From assembly GCA_964016885.1 (NCBI GenBank), contig OZ024747.1, forward strand, positions 12,896,001 through 12,960,000: DNA of 64,000 nucleotides, written 5' to 3'. This document shows positions 26,403 to 43,405 of the stretch, in pieces (position 1 is the stretch's first letter; each line of letters begins with the position of its first letter). The translations under genes and the position numbers were made by a program. Origin of the DNA: Eledone cirrhosa (lineage: Eukaryota). The notes under the pieces are model-generated. The model had not been told where the DNA came from, made no database searches, and saw only the letters and a list, made by a program, of their open reading frames with translations.

Positions 26403-26627
26403 GTGAAGGCGTGTGGCTGAGTGGTTAGAGAATAGGATTCGCAATTGTAAGGTTGTGAGTTCGATTCCTGGACCAGGCGATGCGTTATGTCCTTGAGCAA
26501 GACACTTTATTTCACGTTGCTCCTTCTACCTGGAGTTGCGACCGATAGATAGTATTAGCAATTGGAAAGACCAACGGAAACATTGTTCCCTCGGTCCGAT
26601 TTGACGAAAGTCGATCGTTCCTTCGAT
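26403..26627 (+). mobile_element. CORE-like tRNA SINE (family B)
   Basis: gtggctgagtggttagag (A box), gagttcgattcc (B box) and gtccttgagcaagacacttt CORE-like motif. Paralog at ~46620-46830. Confidence 0.75.
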
Positions 26628-26729
26628 ATGTATATATATATGTATATATTTATATATATGTATATATTTATATATATGTATATATATATATGTATATATT
26701 TATATATATGTATGTATATATTTATATAT

Positions 26730-26760
<31 letters not shown>

Positions 26761-27080
26761 TATGTATATATTTATATATATATATATATGTATATATTTA
26801 TATATATGTATATATATATATGTATATATTTATATATATGTATATATATATATGTATATATTTATATATATGTATATATTTATATATATGTATATATATA
26901 TATGTATATATTTATATATATGTACATATTTATATATATGTATATATTTATATATATGTATATATTTATATATATGTATATATTTATATATATGTGTATA
27001 TAATTATATATATGTATATATTTATATATATGTATATATTTATGTATATGTATATATTTATATATATGTATATATATATT

Positions 27081-27167
27081 AGCGAGAAGCGAAAACCAAC
27101 CAAACAGTGAGTGTTCTGTTATTACTTCTGGCAATATTACGCAAATATGACCCTCCCCAAGTATAAC
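27081..27167 (+). mobile_element. Solo 3' fragment of the 54-55 kb PLE pseudo-LTR inside (TA)n
   Basis: agcgagaagcgaaaaccaaccaaacagtgagtg...tgaccctccccaagtata matches 55198-55284. Another fragment at 56773-56822(-). Confidence 0.85.
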
Positions 27168-27346
27168 TATATATGTATATATTTATATATATGTATATAT
27201 ATGTATATATTTATATGTATATATTTATTTATATGTATATATATATTTATATATATGTATATATATATGTATATATTTATATATATGTATATATATATGT
27301 ATATATTTATATATATGTATATATATATGTATATATTTATATATAT

Positions 27347-28055
27347 CATCATCATCATCATCATCAGGTTTAGCGTCCGTGTTCCACGCTTGCATGGGTT
27401 TGGACGGGGGTTTTCCCACTTGAGGCAAGAGTGGTTGTCTTGCTCGCATAGGACTGTCTGGCGGGTTTTCTACAGCTGGATGCCCTTCCTAACACCAACC
27501 ACATTTACAGTGTGGGGCTGGGAGGTTTTTACCGTGTTGCCTACACGGCCACATTACAGCGTGGACTGTCTGGCGGGTTTTACCGTGTTGCCTACACGGC
27601 CACATTACAGCGTGGACTGTCTGGCGGGTTTTCTACAGCTGGATGCCCTTCCTAACACCAACCACATTTACAGTGTGGGGCTGGGAGGTTTTTACCGTGT
27701 TGCCTACACGGCCACATTTACAGCGTGGACTGTGTGTTTTTTTGTCGTGACACCTACACGATCTCATTTGTTTCGGCCTGGATGTTGTGGGACCAACATA
27801 ACTTTACATTGAAAGGGGCGGTGTGGATGGGGTGGAGGTGGTGGGATGGGGGGGTGTTTTGATAGAGATGCCTACTGACTGTAGTAGGTTTTTACTTTGT
27901 ATTTAGGTAAGGCGGGTCTTCTCTATTACTGAGTACCGCCAAAGGTCTCGGTCCAGTGACATTGTCTTGGAGAGGTGTAAGCGTGTGAGGTCGGAATTTA
28001 TCAGCTCGTCCCATGTTTTTCTGGGTCTGCCTACTCCGTGGCTACCGTCTATCTT
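27347..28055 (-). mobile_element. 5'-truncated RTE LINE (long 3' UTR family) with internal duplications
   Basis: Highly similar to 58101-58705. Minus strand gives [29 protein letters not shown]...EKTRLT*, then UTR and (GAT)n. Confidence 0.8.
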
Positions 28056-28694
28056 TATTATATATATGTATATATATATGTATATATTTATATATATGTA
28101 TATATATATGTATATATTTATATATATGTATATATATATGTATATATTTATATATATGTATATATATATGTATATGTATATATATATGTATATATTAGTG
28201 TATATATATATGTATATATTTATATATATATATGTATATATTTATATATATATATGTATATATTTATATATATATATGTATATATTTATATATATATATG
28301 TATATATTTATATATATATATGTATATATTAGTGTATATATATATGTATATATTAGTGTATATATATATGTATATATTAGTATATATATATATATATATG
28401 CATATTTGTATATATATATGTATATATTTGTATATATATATGTACATATTTATATATATATGTATATATTTGTATATATATATATGTATATATTTGTATA
28501 TATATATGTATATATTTGTATATATATATGTATATATTTATATATGTATATATTTGTATATATATATGTATATATTTATATGTATGTATATATATGTATA
28601 TATTTGGATATATATGTTTATATTTATATGTATATATTTATATGTATATATTTATATGTATATATTTATATGTATATATTTATATGTATATATT

Positions 28695-28743
<49 letters not shown>

Positions 28744-29180
28744 GTATATATTTGTATATATATATATGTATATATTTGTATATGTATATATTTGTATGTA
28801 TATATTTGTATATATATATATGTATATATTTGTATATATATATATGTATATATTTGTATATATATATATGTATATATTTGTATATATATATATATGTATA
28901 TATTTGTATATATATATATGTATATATTTGTATATATATATATGTATATATTTGTATATATATATATATGTATATATTTGTATATATATATATGTATATA
29001 TTTGTATATATATCTATATATATATGTATATATATATATGTATATATTTGTATATATATCTATATATATATGTATATATTTATATATATATATCTATATA
29101 TATATATATATATGTATATATTTATATAAATATATACATATATATATATACATATATATAAATATATATGTATATATTTA

Positions 29181-29240
29181 TAGGAACGAGTAGGACCCCG
29201 ACGGCTGAGCTCAGGCCGTTTCGACGGCTAATTCTGGACT
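29181..29240 (-). mobile_element. PLE pseudo-LTR fragment carrying the 3' half of an HHR
   Basis: Minus strand: tagccgtc GAAA CGGC ctgagctca GCCG TC ggggtcc. Same family as 24994-25088, truncated at an A-run. Confidence 0.7.
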
Positions 29241-29453
29241 AAAAAAAAAAAAAAAAAAAATTGTATGTATATATTTATATATATATTTATATATGTGTAT
29301 ATTTATATATATATATATAGGTATATATATGTATATATATATGTATATATATATGTATATATATATGTATATATATATGTATATATATATGTGTATATAT
29401 ATATGTATATATATATATGTATATATATATATGTATATATATATATGTATATA

Positions 29454-29506
<53 letters not shown>

Positions 29507-29691
29507 GTATATATATATATATGTATATATATATGTATATATATATATGTATATATATATGTATATATATATATGTATATATATGGGTATATATATGTAT
29601 ATATATATGTATATATATATATGTATATATATGGGTATATATATGTATATATATAGGTATATATATAGGTATATATATGTATATGTATATG

Positions 29692-29722
<31 letters not shown>

Positions 29723-30019
29723 GTATATATATATATGTATATATATATATGTATATATATATATGTATATATATATATATGTATATATATGTATATATAT
29801 ATATATGTATGTATATATATATGTATATATATATGTATGTATATATATATGTATGTATATATATATGTATGTATATATATATGTATGTATATATATATGT
29901 ATGTATATATGTATGTATGTATATATATATGTATGTATATATATATATATGTATATATATATATGTATATATATATATGTATATGTATATATATATGTAT
30001 ATGTATATATATATATATG

Positions 30020-30071
<52 letters not shown>

Positions 30072-30135
30072 TGTATATATATGTATATGTATATATATAT
30101 ATGTATATATGTATATATATATATATATGTATATA

Positions 30136-30168
<33 letters not shown>

Positions 30169-30214
30169 ATATGTATATATATATATATATGTATATATAT
30201 ATGTATATGTATAT

Positions 30215-30248
<34 letters not shown>

Positions 30249-30255
30249 GTATATG

Positions 30256-30302
<47 letters not shown>

Positions 30303-30623
30303 GTATATATATATGTATATGTATATATATATGTATATATATGTATATATATATGTATATGTATATGTATATGTATATATATATATGTATATCTATATAT
30401 ATATATGTATATATATACATATATATGTATATATATACATATATATGTATGTATATGTATATATATATATGTATATGTATATATATGTATGTATATGTAT
30501 ATATATATATGTATATGTATATATGTATATATATACATATATATATATGTATATATATGTATATATATATATGTATATGTATATATATATGTATATGTAT
30601 ATGTATATGTATATATGTATATG

Positions 30624-30656
<33 letters not shown>

Positions 30657-30752
30657 ATGTATATGTATATATATACATATATATGTATATATGTATATGT
30701 ATATATATATATAGAGATTACAGTAATCAAAGTTCAGTTTAAGTCATTTATT

Positions 30753-30799
30753 TGCTTACAATTGTTTCCTCCAAACCGAGGTTTGGATTCTTCGGAGCA
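30753..30799 (-). ncRNA. Hammerhead ribozyme-like motif, U4C core variant
   Basis: Minus strand: tgct CCGAAGA a TCCAAACC tc GGTTTGGA g GAAAC AATT GTA agca. Lies in a 260-bp island within (TA)n; a decayed second motif (TTGATGA...TGCGCA TA) may lie at ~30850-30895(-). Confidence 0.65.
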
Positions 30800-30983
30800 G
30801 TTATTTATAACATACTTGACCTCCTTTTCAACCCAAGAGACACATAAAACATATGCGCATATTGATCAACAGTGGGGTGACATTCATCAAATGAAATAGC
30901 ATGGCAATTTACATATAAAGTGTTACATGATAAAAATAAAATAAAATAAAAGCAAGAGTGAAAATAAAGATATATATACATAC

Positions 30984-31032
<49 letters not shown>

Positions 31033-31134
31033 CATATATATGTATATATATATATGTATATATATGTATATATATACATATATATGTATATATATATGTA
31101 TATATATGTATATGTATATATATACATATATACG

Positions 31135-31234
<100 letters not shown>

Positions 31235-31272
31235 TGTATGTATATATATATATATGTATATATATATATGTG

Positions 31273-31305
<33 letters not shown>

Positions 31306-31538
31306 GTGTATATATATATATATATGTGTATATATATATGTATGTATATATATATATATGTATGTGTATATATATATATGTGTATATATATACATATGTA
31401 TGTATATATATACATATGTATGTGTATATATATATATATGTATATATATACATATGTATGTGTATATATATATATGTGTATGTGTATATATATATATGTG
31501 TATATATATACATATATATGTGTGTATATATATACATA

Positions 31539-31569
<31 letters not shown>

Positions 31570-31950
31570 GTGTATATATATATATATGTATATATATATA
31601 TGTATATATATATATGTATATATATATATGTGTATATATATATGTGTGTATATATATATATCTGTATATATATATATCTGTATATATATATATGTGTATA
31701 TATATATATCTGTATATATATATATGTGTATATATATATATGTGTATATATATATGTGTATATATATATATATATGTGTATATATATATGTGTATATATA
31801 TATGTGTATATATATATGTGTATATATATGTGTGTATATATATATATATATAAATATGTATATATATATATATATATGTATTTATGTATATATATATATG
31901 TATATATATATGTATGTATATATATATGTATGTATATATATATATGTATG

Positions 31951-31981
<31 letters not shown>

Positions 31982-32054
31982 GTATGTATATATATATATA
32001 TGTATGTATATGTATATATATGTATATGTATATATATATATGTATATATATATG

Positions 32055-32129
<75 letters not shown>

Positions 32130-32423
32130 GTATATATATTATATATATATATATATATGTATATATATGTATATATATATATGTATATATATATATGTAT
32201 ATATATATATGTATATATATATATGTATATATATATATGTATATATATATATGTATATATATATATGTATATATATATATGTATATATATATATGTATAT
32301 ATATATATGTATATATATATGTATATATATATATGTATATATATATATGTATATATATATGTATATATATGTATATATATATATGTATATATATATGTAT
32401 ATATATATGTATATATATGTATG

Positions 32424-32458
<35 letters not shown>

Positions 32459-32641
32459 GTATATATATATGTATGTATATATATATATATATGTATATAT
32501 ATATGTATGTATATATATATATATATGTATATATATATGTATGTATATATATATATATATGTATATATATATGTATGTATATATATATATATATGTATAT
32601 ATATATGTATGTATATATATATATATATGTATATATATATG

Positions 32642-32674
<33 letters not shown>

Positions 32675-32690
32675 GTATATATATATGTAT

Positions 32691-32828
<138 letters not shown>

Positions 32829-32879
32829 GTGTATATATATATATATGTATATATATATATGTATATATATATATATGTG

Positions 32880-32958
<79 letters not shown>

Positions 32959-32969
32959 GTATATATATG

Positions 32970-33080
<111 letters not shown>

Positions 33081-33161
33081 GTATATATATATGTATATAT
33101 ATATATATGTATATATATATGTATATATATATATATATGTATATATATGTATATATATATG

Positions 33162-33312
<151 letters not shown>

Positions 33313-33313
33313 G

Positions 33314-33348
<35 letters not shown>

Positions 33349-33357
33349 GTATATATG

Positions 33358-33480
<123 letters not shown>

Positions 33481-33493
33481 GTATATATATATG

Positions 33494-33524
<31 letters not shown>

Positions 33525-33557
33525 GTATATATATATATGTATATATATATATATGTG

Positions 33558-33610
<53 letters not shown>

Positions 33611-33640
33611 GTATATATATAGTATGTATATATATATATG

Positions 33641-33672
<32 letters not shown>

Positions 33673-33676
33673 TGTG

Positions 33677-33741
<65 letters not shown>

Positions 33742-33778
33742 GTATATATATATGTATATATATATGTATATATATATG

Positions 33779-33809
<31 letters not shown>

Positions 33810-33946
33810 GTATATATATATGTATATATATATATATGTATATATATATGTATATGTATATATATATATGTATATATATATATATGTATATATATATGTA
33901 TATATATATATATGTATATATATATGTATATGTATATATATATATG

Positions 33947-33977
<31 letters not shown>

Positions 33978-33982
33978 GTATG

Positions 33983-34018
<36 letters not shown>

Positions 34019-34025
34019 TATGTAC

Positions 34026-34088
<63 letters not shown>

Positions 34089-34095
34089 TATGTAC

Positions 34096-34136
<41 letters not shown>

Positions 34137-34143
34137 TATGTAC

Positions 34144-34273
<130 letters not shown>

Positions 34274-34286
34274 GTATATATATATG

Positions 34287-34337
<51 letters not shown>

Positions 34338-34428
34338 GTATATATATATGTATATATATATATGTATATATATATGTATATATATATATGTATATATATA
34401 TGTATATATATATATGTATATATATATG

Positions 34429-34481
<53 letters not shown>

Positions 34482-34636
34482 GTATATATATATGTATATA
34501 TATATATGTATATATATATGTATATATATATATGTATATATATATGTATATATATATATGTATATATATATGTATATATATATGTATATATATATATATG
34601 TATATATATATATGTATATATATATATATGTATATA

Positions 34637-34679
<43 letters not shown>

Positions 34680-34770
34680 ATATATATATGTATATATATA
34701 AACAAGGTTTAGCAAATAATGAAAAAGTTTCAAAATAAATTTTAAAAAATTGACTTTACCTACTATAGTT

Positions 34771-34854
34771 ACCTTTACAGATCGGTTTCGAATCCCAAAA
34801 ATAAAACGGAGACCATACGGCCTTCGTTGCAAAGAAAGATTCTCGTCAGAAGGT
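34771..34854 (-). ncRNA. Hammerhead ribozyme, canonical core, extended stem II
   Basis: Minus strand: acctt CTGACGA GAATC tttctttgc AACGaAGGCC gtat GGTCTcCGTT ttatttttgg GATTC GAAAC cgatct GTA aaggt. Confidence 0.85.
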
Positions 34855-34921
34855 TCTTTTCATTCAAAGAATATAAAATTCCTGAATTTAGATCACAAAC
34901 TAGCGCTATCATATATATATG

Positions 34922-34958
<37 letters not shown>

Positions 34959-34977
34959 GTATATATATATATGTATA

Positions 34978-35258
34978 TCCCAAAAGTCAGCTCAAAAGTG
35001 ACACAGAGGAGACTGAGGTTGGCTGGACATGCTCACCGACATCCAGAGTTGACATTGCACTCAGTGTTCCTTTGGGAGCCCCTACATGGACACACTAGAA
35101 AAGGAAGACCAAGGTTAACATATGTTGATGCCCTAAGGACAGACACTGGTCTGTTGGAGATGCAGGATATGGCAGCGATAATGACGGACAGAGACCGCTG
35201 GAGAGAACTCGTCCATGGATCTCGGGAATTTTACCCGCCTTAGATAGATAGACAGATA
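34978..35258 (+). mobile_element. RTE/RTEX-type LINE 3' end inserted in (TA)n
   Basis: RRLRLAGHAHRHPE...[24 protein letters not shown]...MTDRDRWR* followed by a (TAGA)n tail. Confidence 0.8.
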
Positions 35259-35264
35259 TATATG

Positions 35265-35302
<38 letters not shown>

Positions 35303-35344
35303 TGTGTATATATATATATGTATATATATATGTGTATATATGTA

Positions 35345-35541
<197 letters not shown>

Positions 35542-36014
35542 ATATATATGTATATATATATGTATATATATATGTATATATATATGTATATATATATATG
35601 TATATATATATGTATATATATGTATATATATATGTATATATATATATATGTATATATATATGTATATATATGTATATATATATATGTATATATATATATA
35701 TGTATATATATGTATATATATGTATATATATATATGTATATATGTATATATATGTATATATATGTATATATATATATGTATATATATATATATGTATATA
35801 TATGTGTGTATATATATATGTATATATGTATATATATATGTATATATATACATATATATATACACATATATATATACATATATATATATGTATATATATA
35901 CATATATATATACATATATATATACACATATATATATACATATATATATACATATATATATACATATATATATATACATATATATATACCATATATATAT
36001 ACATATATATATAC

Positions 36015-36143
<129 letters not shown>

Positions 36144-36290
36144 TATCTAGATATATATATATACATATATATATACATATATATCTAGATATATATATAC
36201 ATATATATATACATATATATCTAGATATATATATATACATATATATATACGTATATATATATACATATATATATACGTATATATATATAC

Positions 36291-36337
<47 letters not shown>

Positions 36338-36384
36338 CATATATACATATTTATATATATATATATACACTTATATATATATAC

Positions 36385-36437
<53 letters not shown>

Positions 36438-36522
36438 CATATATACATATTTATATATATATACACTTATATATATACACATATATATATATATACATAC
36501 ATATATATATATATATATACAC

Positions 36523-36615
<93 letters not shown>

Positions 36616-36618
36616 CAC

Positions 36619-36759
<141 letters not shown>

Positions 36760-36826
36760 TATATATATATACACATATATATATATATATACACATATAT
36801 ATATATATACACATATATATATATAT

Positions 36827-36911
<85 letters not shown>

Positions 36912-36912
36912 C

Positions 36913-36951
<39 letters not shown>

Positions 36952-36954
36952 CAC

Positions 36955-36994
<40 letters not shown>

Positions 36995-37007
36995 ATATAT
37001 ACACATA

Positions 37008-37043
<36 letters not shown>

Positions 37044-37056
37044 CACATATATATAT

Positions 37057-37097
<41 letters not shown>

Positions 37098-37220
37098 TAT
37101 ATATATATACACATATATATATATATATACATATATATATGTATATATACATATATATATGTATATATACATATATATATGTATATATACATATATATAT
37201 GTATATATACATATATATAT

Positions 37221-37518
37221 GTCGTACTGCCTCTCTGTTCTGTCCCTGTTCAATTTTTTATTATACAAAACACACGCTCACGACGGCCTCCATCCTTGGA
37301 ACAACTTAACAACCGGCTCAACCCCGATCTAATCCGCCGTGACTTTACACACCTTCCCACACTTTGTCTTTAACTCTTACCTGAAGAAGGGCTTATGCCC
37401 GAAACGTCGTTCTCCACCTACCCCCCACTCTCCTGAGCGTGAATCTAATAAACATTTGTCGTACTGCCTCTCTGTTCTGTCCCTGTTCAATTTTTTATTA
37501 CCCTGTTCAATTTTTTAT

Positions 37519-37520
<2 letters not shown>
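37221..37520 (+). mobile_element. PLE pseudo-LTR remnant in partial-tandem (direct) arrangement
   Basis: The 43-bp end gtcgtactgcctctctgttctgtccctgttcaattttttatta occurs at 37221-37263 and 37458-37500, plus a 20-bp re-copy at 37501-37520. AATAAA upstream and an HHR inside. Related tail at 61117-61172. Confidence 0.8.
37379..37410 (+). ncRNA. Minimal PLE-type hammerhead motif (dimer-dependent stem III)
   Basis: ac CTGAAGA a GGGC ttat GCCC GAAAC GTC gt. Stem III is reduced to the palindrome ACGT and stem I is only ~2 bp. Confidence 0.7.
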
Positions 37521-37574
<54 letters not shown>

Positions 37575-37589
37575 CACATATATATATAC

Positions 37590-37625
<36 letters not shown>

Positions 37626-37662
37626 ATATATATATATACACATATATATATATATATACACA

Positions 37663-37712
<50 letters not shown>

Positions 37713-37729
37713 TATATATATATATACAC

Positions 37730-37760
<31 letters not shown>

Positions 37761-37779
37761 TATATATATATATATACAC

Positions 37780-37812
<33 letters not shown>

Positions 37813-38045
37813 TATATATATATATACACATATATATATATACACACATATATATATATATACACATATATATATATATACACACATATATATATATATA
37901 TACACATATATATATATACACATATATATATATATATACACATATATACACATATATATATATATACACATATATACCCATATATATATATACACATATA
38001 TACACATATATATATATATACACATATATATATATATATACACAC

Positions 38046-38104
<59 letters not shown>

Positions 38105-38139
38105 CGCATATATATATATACATATATATATATATACAC

Positions 38140-38239
<100 letters not shown>

Positions 38240-38414
38240 CACATATATATATACACACATATATATATACACATATATATATATATATATATACACACAC
38301 ATATATATATATATACACATATATATATATATATATACACATATATATACACATATATATATATATATATACACACATATATATATATATACACATATAT
38401 ATATATATACACAC

Positions 38415-38445
<31 letters not shown>

Positions 38446-38521
38446 TATATATATACACATATATATATATATACACACATATATATATATATATATACAC
38501 ATATATATATATATACACACA

Positions 38522-38563
<42 letters not shown>

Positions 38564-38582
38564 CATATATATATATATACAC

Positions 38583-38617
<35 letters not shown>

Positions 38618-38863
38618 TATATATATATACACACATATATATATATATACACACATATATATATATATACACATATATATATATATATATACACACATAT
38701 ATATATATATATACACATATATATATATATATATACACACATATATATATATACACACATATATATATATACACACATATATATATATATATACACACAT
38801 ATATATATATATACACTATATATATATATATATACACATATATATATATATATATACATATAT

Positions 38864-38902
<39 letters not shown>

Positions 38903-38903
38903 T

Positions 38904-38940
<37 letters not shown>

Positions 38941-38975
38941 TACACACATATATATATATATATATATACATATAT

Positions 38976-39020
<45 letters not shown>

Positions 39021-39021
39021 T

Positions 39022-39084
<63 letters not shown>

Positions 39085-39085
39085 T

Positions 39086-39142
<57 letters not shown>

Positions 39143-39143
39143 T

Positions 39144-39246
<103 letters not shown>

Positions 39247-39261
39247 TATATATATATACAC

Positions 39262-39292
<31 letters not shown>

Positions 39293-39307
39293 TATATATA
39301 TATACAC

Positions 39308-39338
<31 letters not shown>

Positions 39339-39353
39339 TATATATATATATAT

Positions 39354-39442
<89 letters not shown>

Positions 39443-39475
39443 TATATATATACACACATATATATATATATATAT

Positions 39476-39614
<139 letters not shown>

Positions 39615-39625
39615 TATATATATAT

Positions 39626-39663
<38 letters not shown>

Positions 39664-40034
39664 ACATTGTACTTGTAGTAAAATAGAATGTGAAAACCAT
39701 GAATGTATTTTTAACAATATTTCTTGTTTCTTTAAACTAAGAATGGTATGAATGTGCCAAGTGTGATGTATCACTGACAAGTACTTAATGTCAAGCTCAA
39801 GCTAAGGAATTGTAAAACATACTTTCTTTGTTGTGATTACTATGAACTGTCAACTAAAACTATTTCCACCTGTGGAAGGAGCTCCACAAGATGGTCTGGC
39901 TGATGTAGCTGGTATCATTGGTTGTTCTCTGTGGCAAAGTTTCCACCACTCAGATATACCACCTAGATAGGGGGTGCTGAATTAGCCCCTCCCTCACTTA
40001 TCTTTTAATTAATTTCTTTTTCTTCTTTTGCTCT

Positions 40035-40493
40035 ATGACACATGACATGGAATGGAATGATTGGAAGGAACATTGATTCTGATCTAAATATGAATAGAGA
40101 GGCTTTATTAGATTTCTGATCTAGTAATGGGATCTCGACTATGAACACCTTCCAGCACAGAGACATCCATAAATATACATGGTATAAGGGGAATCAGGGA
40201 CAGAGATTGATTTTGTTTTTGTCCCTTATCTCTTCAATACTGTGCTGGATATTCGTGTTAAGAGAGGAGCTGAGCTGTCAACTGATCAACTTCTAGTTAT
40301 CTGCAGCTTGAGACTACCTAAAGCCAAAGAAGCCCACAAAACTTGCTGGTCTAGGTCAACCTACAGGATAAAGTGGGAACTGTTGGTAGATAAGGAAGTC
40401 AGGTCCAAGTATGCAAATACTATTGCATCCAAATTCAGAGAACTCCCTGAGAAAACTGAGGATGTTGAAATGGAGTGGAGACTGTTCAGCTAG
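40035..40493 (+). mobile_element. Degenerate RTE (Expander/Rex3-like) LINE, AP-endonuclease C-terminal part
   Basis: MNTFQHRDIHKYTWY ... LDIRVKRGAELSTDQLLV...RIKWE.L...EDVEMEWRLF, with stops and frameshifts. Confidence 0.75.
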
Positions 40494-40944
40494 GAAAGAA
40501 AGAAAAAAGAGAAAAAATAGACAAGAAAAGTTAAAACCTTCCAGTATATATTTTTACCTTTTGTTAAGTTATGTTATAAATACCATCTTAAGAAAAAATT
40601 TATAATTTCAGTAAATTTCTCCAAATTCCTAATTAATTAATTGAAGTATTGTGTATTTCATTATAAATATTGAAAGAGTTAAATAGAATCCATTTAATAT
40701 GGGTGTTTTTGTTCTATAGAACTTGAGCTGGTTTAGGGCAGGTTAACCACTAATTGGTCACAATGAGCTGGCCTAACAGAGTTTCTTTTATAACAAACTG
40801 CATTGCTTATTCTGGTGTACTCCTTGACATTTTCATAATTGAACTGGTTAGTAACATTTATAAAAAAAAATAGTATCTTTTTGTTAATTGTTAATAATAG
40901 TTTCATCATTATCAGGATTATATTATTATTATTATTATTGTTTT

Positions 40945-41805
40945 TGTTTTCTTTCATTATTGTTTCTGAGATATATGCCGAGTGTCTTCCTGACACCTAG
41001 GGCAAATAAATTCAGTGTGCTTTGGTAAGCCAGTTAATACAGCACATTGATTATAATTAAAAAACAAAACAGTATACATATATACACATGTGCATATGCA
41101 TATGTAAATACAAGGAGGGATATCAATCCTACAGAGATAGTGCTCTTCTCAATACGTCTGCAGTACCAGTCAAAACAATTTTTTGCCCCTCGTGCAGAGA
41201 GGGTAAACCAGGAATCATTCCCAAATATTGTTCTGTTCCTTTCTTGATCATTCCCAGTCCTCCCACAATCACTGGTATTGTAACGGCCTTGAGGTGCCAC
41301 ATTTTCTCAATTTCAATAAGCAGATTTTTATATTTTCGTAGCTTGTCAAACTCCTTTGCCGCGATATTGTGATCACATGGGATGCTCATATCTATCAACA
41401 AACAGACCTTGTTATGTTGATCTTTTACAATGATGTCAGGTCTATTTGTTTTTATGGTCCTGTCAGTATGTACAGGAAAGTCCCAGAGAATTGTTACTTT
41501 TTCTCCATCAGTTACAGCCTCAGGGTGATGATTGTACCACTTGTCTTCAACTTTGATTTTGTAATGCCGACATATTGCCCAGTGTAGATATTGGCCAACT
41601 CTGCTCTGTCATGTCTATATTTGTATTCTACTGGTGCTAAAACTTTACATCCAGAGACTAAGTGATCCACTGTTTCAACCCCAGCATTGCAGAATCGGCA
41701 CTTTGGGTTTATTCCGTTTCTCATCACATTGGCCTGGTAATTACGAGTCAATAAGCTTTGATCTTGGGCAGCTAAGATGAAGCCTTCACTCTCCGCCTTT
41801 AGCCC
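40945..41805 (-). mobile_element. 5'-truncated R4/Dong-clade non-LTR retrotransposon (CCHC knuckle plus restriction-like endonuclease)
   Basis: ESEGFILAAQDQSLLTRNY...CRFC...ETVDHLVSGC...RHD and PDII...LLIDMSIPCD.NI..KE.DKL.KY..L..EI..MW...IPVIVGGLG; frameshifted. (TAA/TTA)n at both ends, consistent with Dong-type TAA targeting. Confidence 0.88.
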
Positions 41806-41830
41806 TAATATTATTACTATTATTATTATA

Positions 41831-42015
41831 GGGCAGTGGATTGGCAGTACCAGTAGAGGGTCGGACGCCATGCATTCCAGCATATTTACGTCCCTTTACG
41901 ATCTGAGTTCAAATCCCGCCGAGGTTGACTTTGCCTTTCATCCTTACGGGGTCGATAAAATAAAGTACCAGTAATGCACTGGGTAATTGCTGGCCTTGTG
42001 TCTAAAGTAGAAACA
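41831..42015 (+). mobile_element. Family A SINE, full length
   Basis: A and B boxes plus core; flanked by attattactattatt duplications. Confidence 0.85.
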
Positions 42016-43405
42016 ATTATTACTATTATTACTATTATTATTATTTTTATCATCATTATTCAACATTCTTCACTAGTATCAATTATCTATTCTTTAATGA
42101 AAAGAATCTACAACATGCTAGCTACAGGCACTCTGATATATTCTGAACATTTTACATTCACATAAACTTTGGAATGAAATGAAAAAATGCTTATAAATTA
42201 ATTGCAAAAAATTTAAATCTATAAATAAAATATTTTGTCATGCTGTACATAGGTTTCAAGAGATTTTAAAGTGAATTTCTTATACCCTATGTCAGCTTTG
42301 ATCAAGGAAACATATGATCAGAAGTAAAATTGTTTAACCCCAAGCTACCTCTGATTGAACAGGTATATGATCAAAAGGGAAGTTGTTTAACCCTAAGTCA
42401 GTTTTAATTGAGCAGACATATGATCAAAACCATCATCACCACAAGTTTTTTTCAGACATGCTCTACCTCAGATTACATAACTCAGTGTGACTTTTCCTCC
42501 TTAAGACAGTAATGTGCGATTTGAGGGAGATTTAGCTGCTATTTCTAGCAGGGTGAATGATTATGTAGATATTCCCATGTTGGTATGTGTAAGTTTAATA
42601 CTTCAGCTAGGATTATATCCTATCTTAGTCATATAAACAGTTCAAAATGACTTCTGTCACCAAGGGACAAATTTTATTATCTATTGAACTGTATGACTAA
42701 ATTTATTCTTATATATTTATCCTGGATATAGTAACTTTATTTCAATAGAATGCATACAAATAGATAAAATATATATAAAAAAGAGATGAAAAAATAACTG
42801 GAGAATATATGCACAGTCAACCACAATCCACAAGAAAGGGTGCTGGTGTGTCCCTCTAATTATTCTTGACATAAGCCAACACACTTGCAGCATCGCTACT
42901 GGAGATAGCAAGACTAAGATGCTGGAATAATCAGTCACCTTCACAGGCATCACCTGATATATCAGTAAGGCAAACTGTGAACAAAAACAACAGCCTCATT
43001 GGTTGCTCTGCTCCCTGCAACCATCTACAAGCTGAAAAAAATATTTTGCTAATAATTCCTGTTTTTTTTTTAGTATTCAATTCAATCTTGAAATTCAAGG
43101 AACTCTATCATATTGTTGCCAAAATGATTCTTACAATGAATTTTTATTTCTAAAATAATATTCTTTTATGGAAAGTGATCTTTCTGAAAACTTTTTGTCA
43201 TATTTTACATGGAGGATGTCAACATAAAATGTTCTTCAAAATATTGTTAAACCAATTATTTAAACATTCCTGGTTGTTGTTGTTTGACTGTTAGTCAGTG
43301 CTAATTGAACATATTTATCATTAGAACATTCCAGCCGTGACCATCCTCCCTCTTCTTCAGGCACAGTATATCTATAATTATGTTATTCAATACCTCTTCA
43401 CTATT

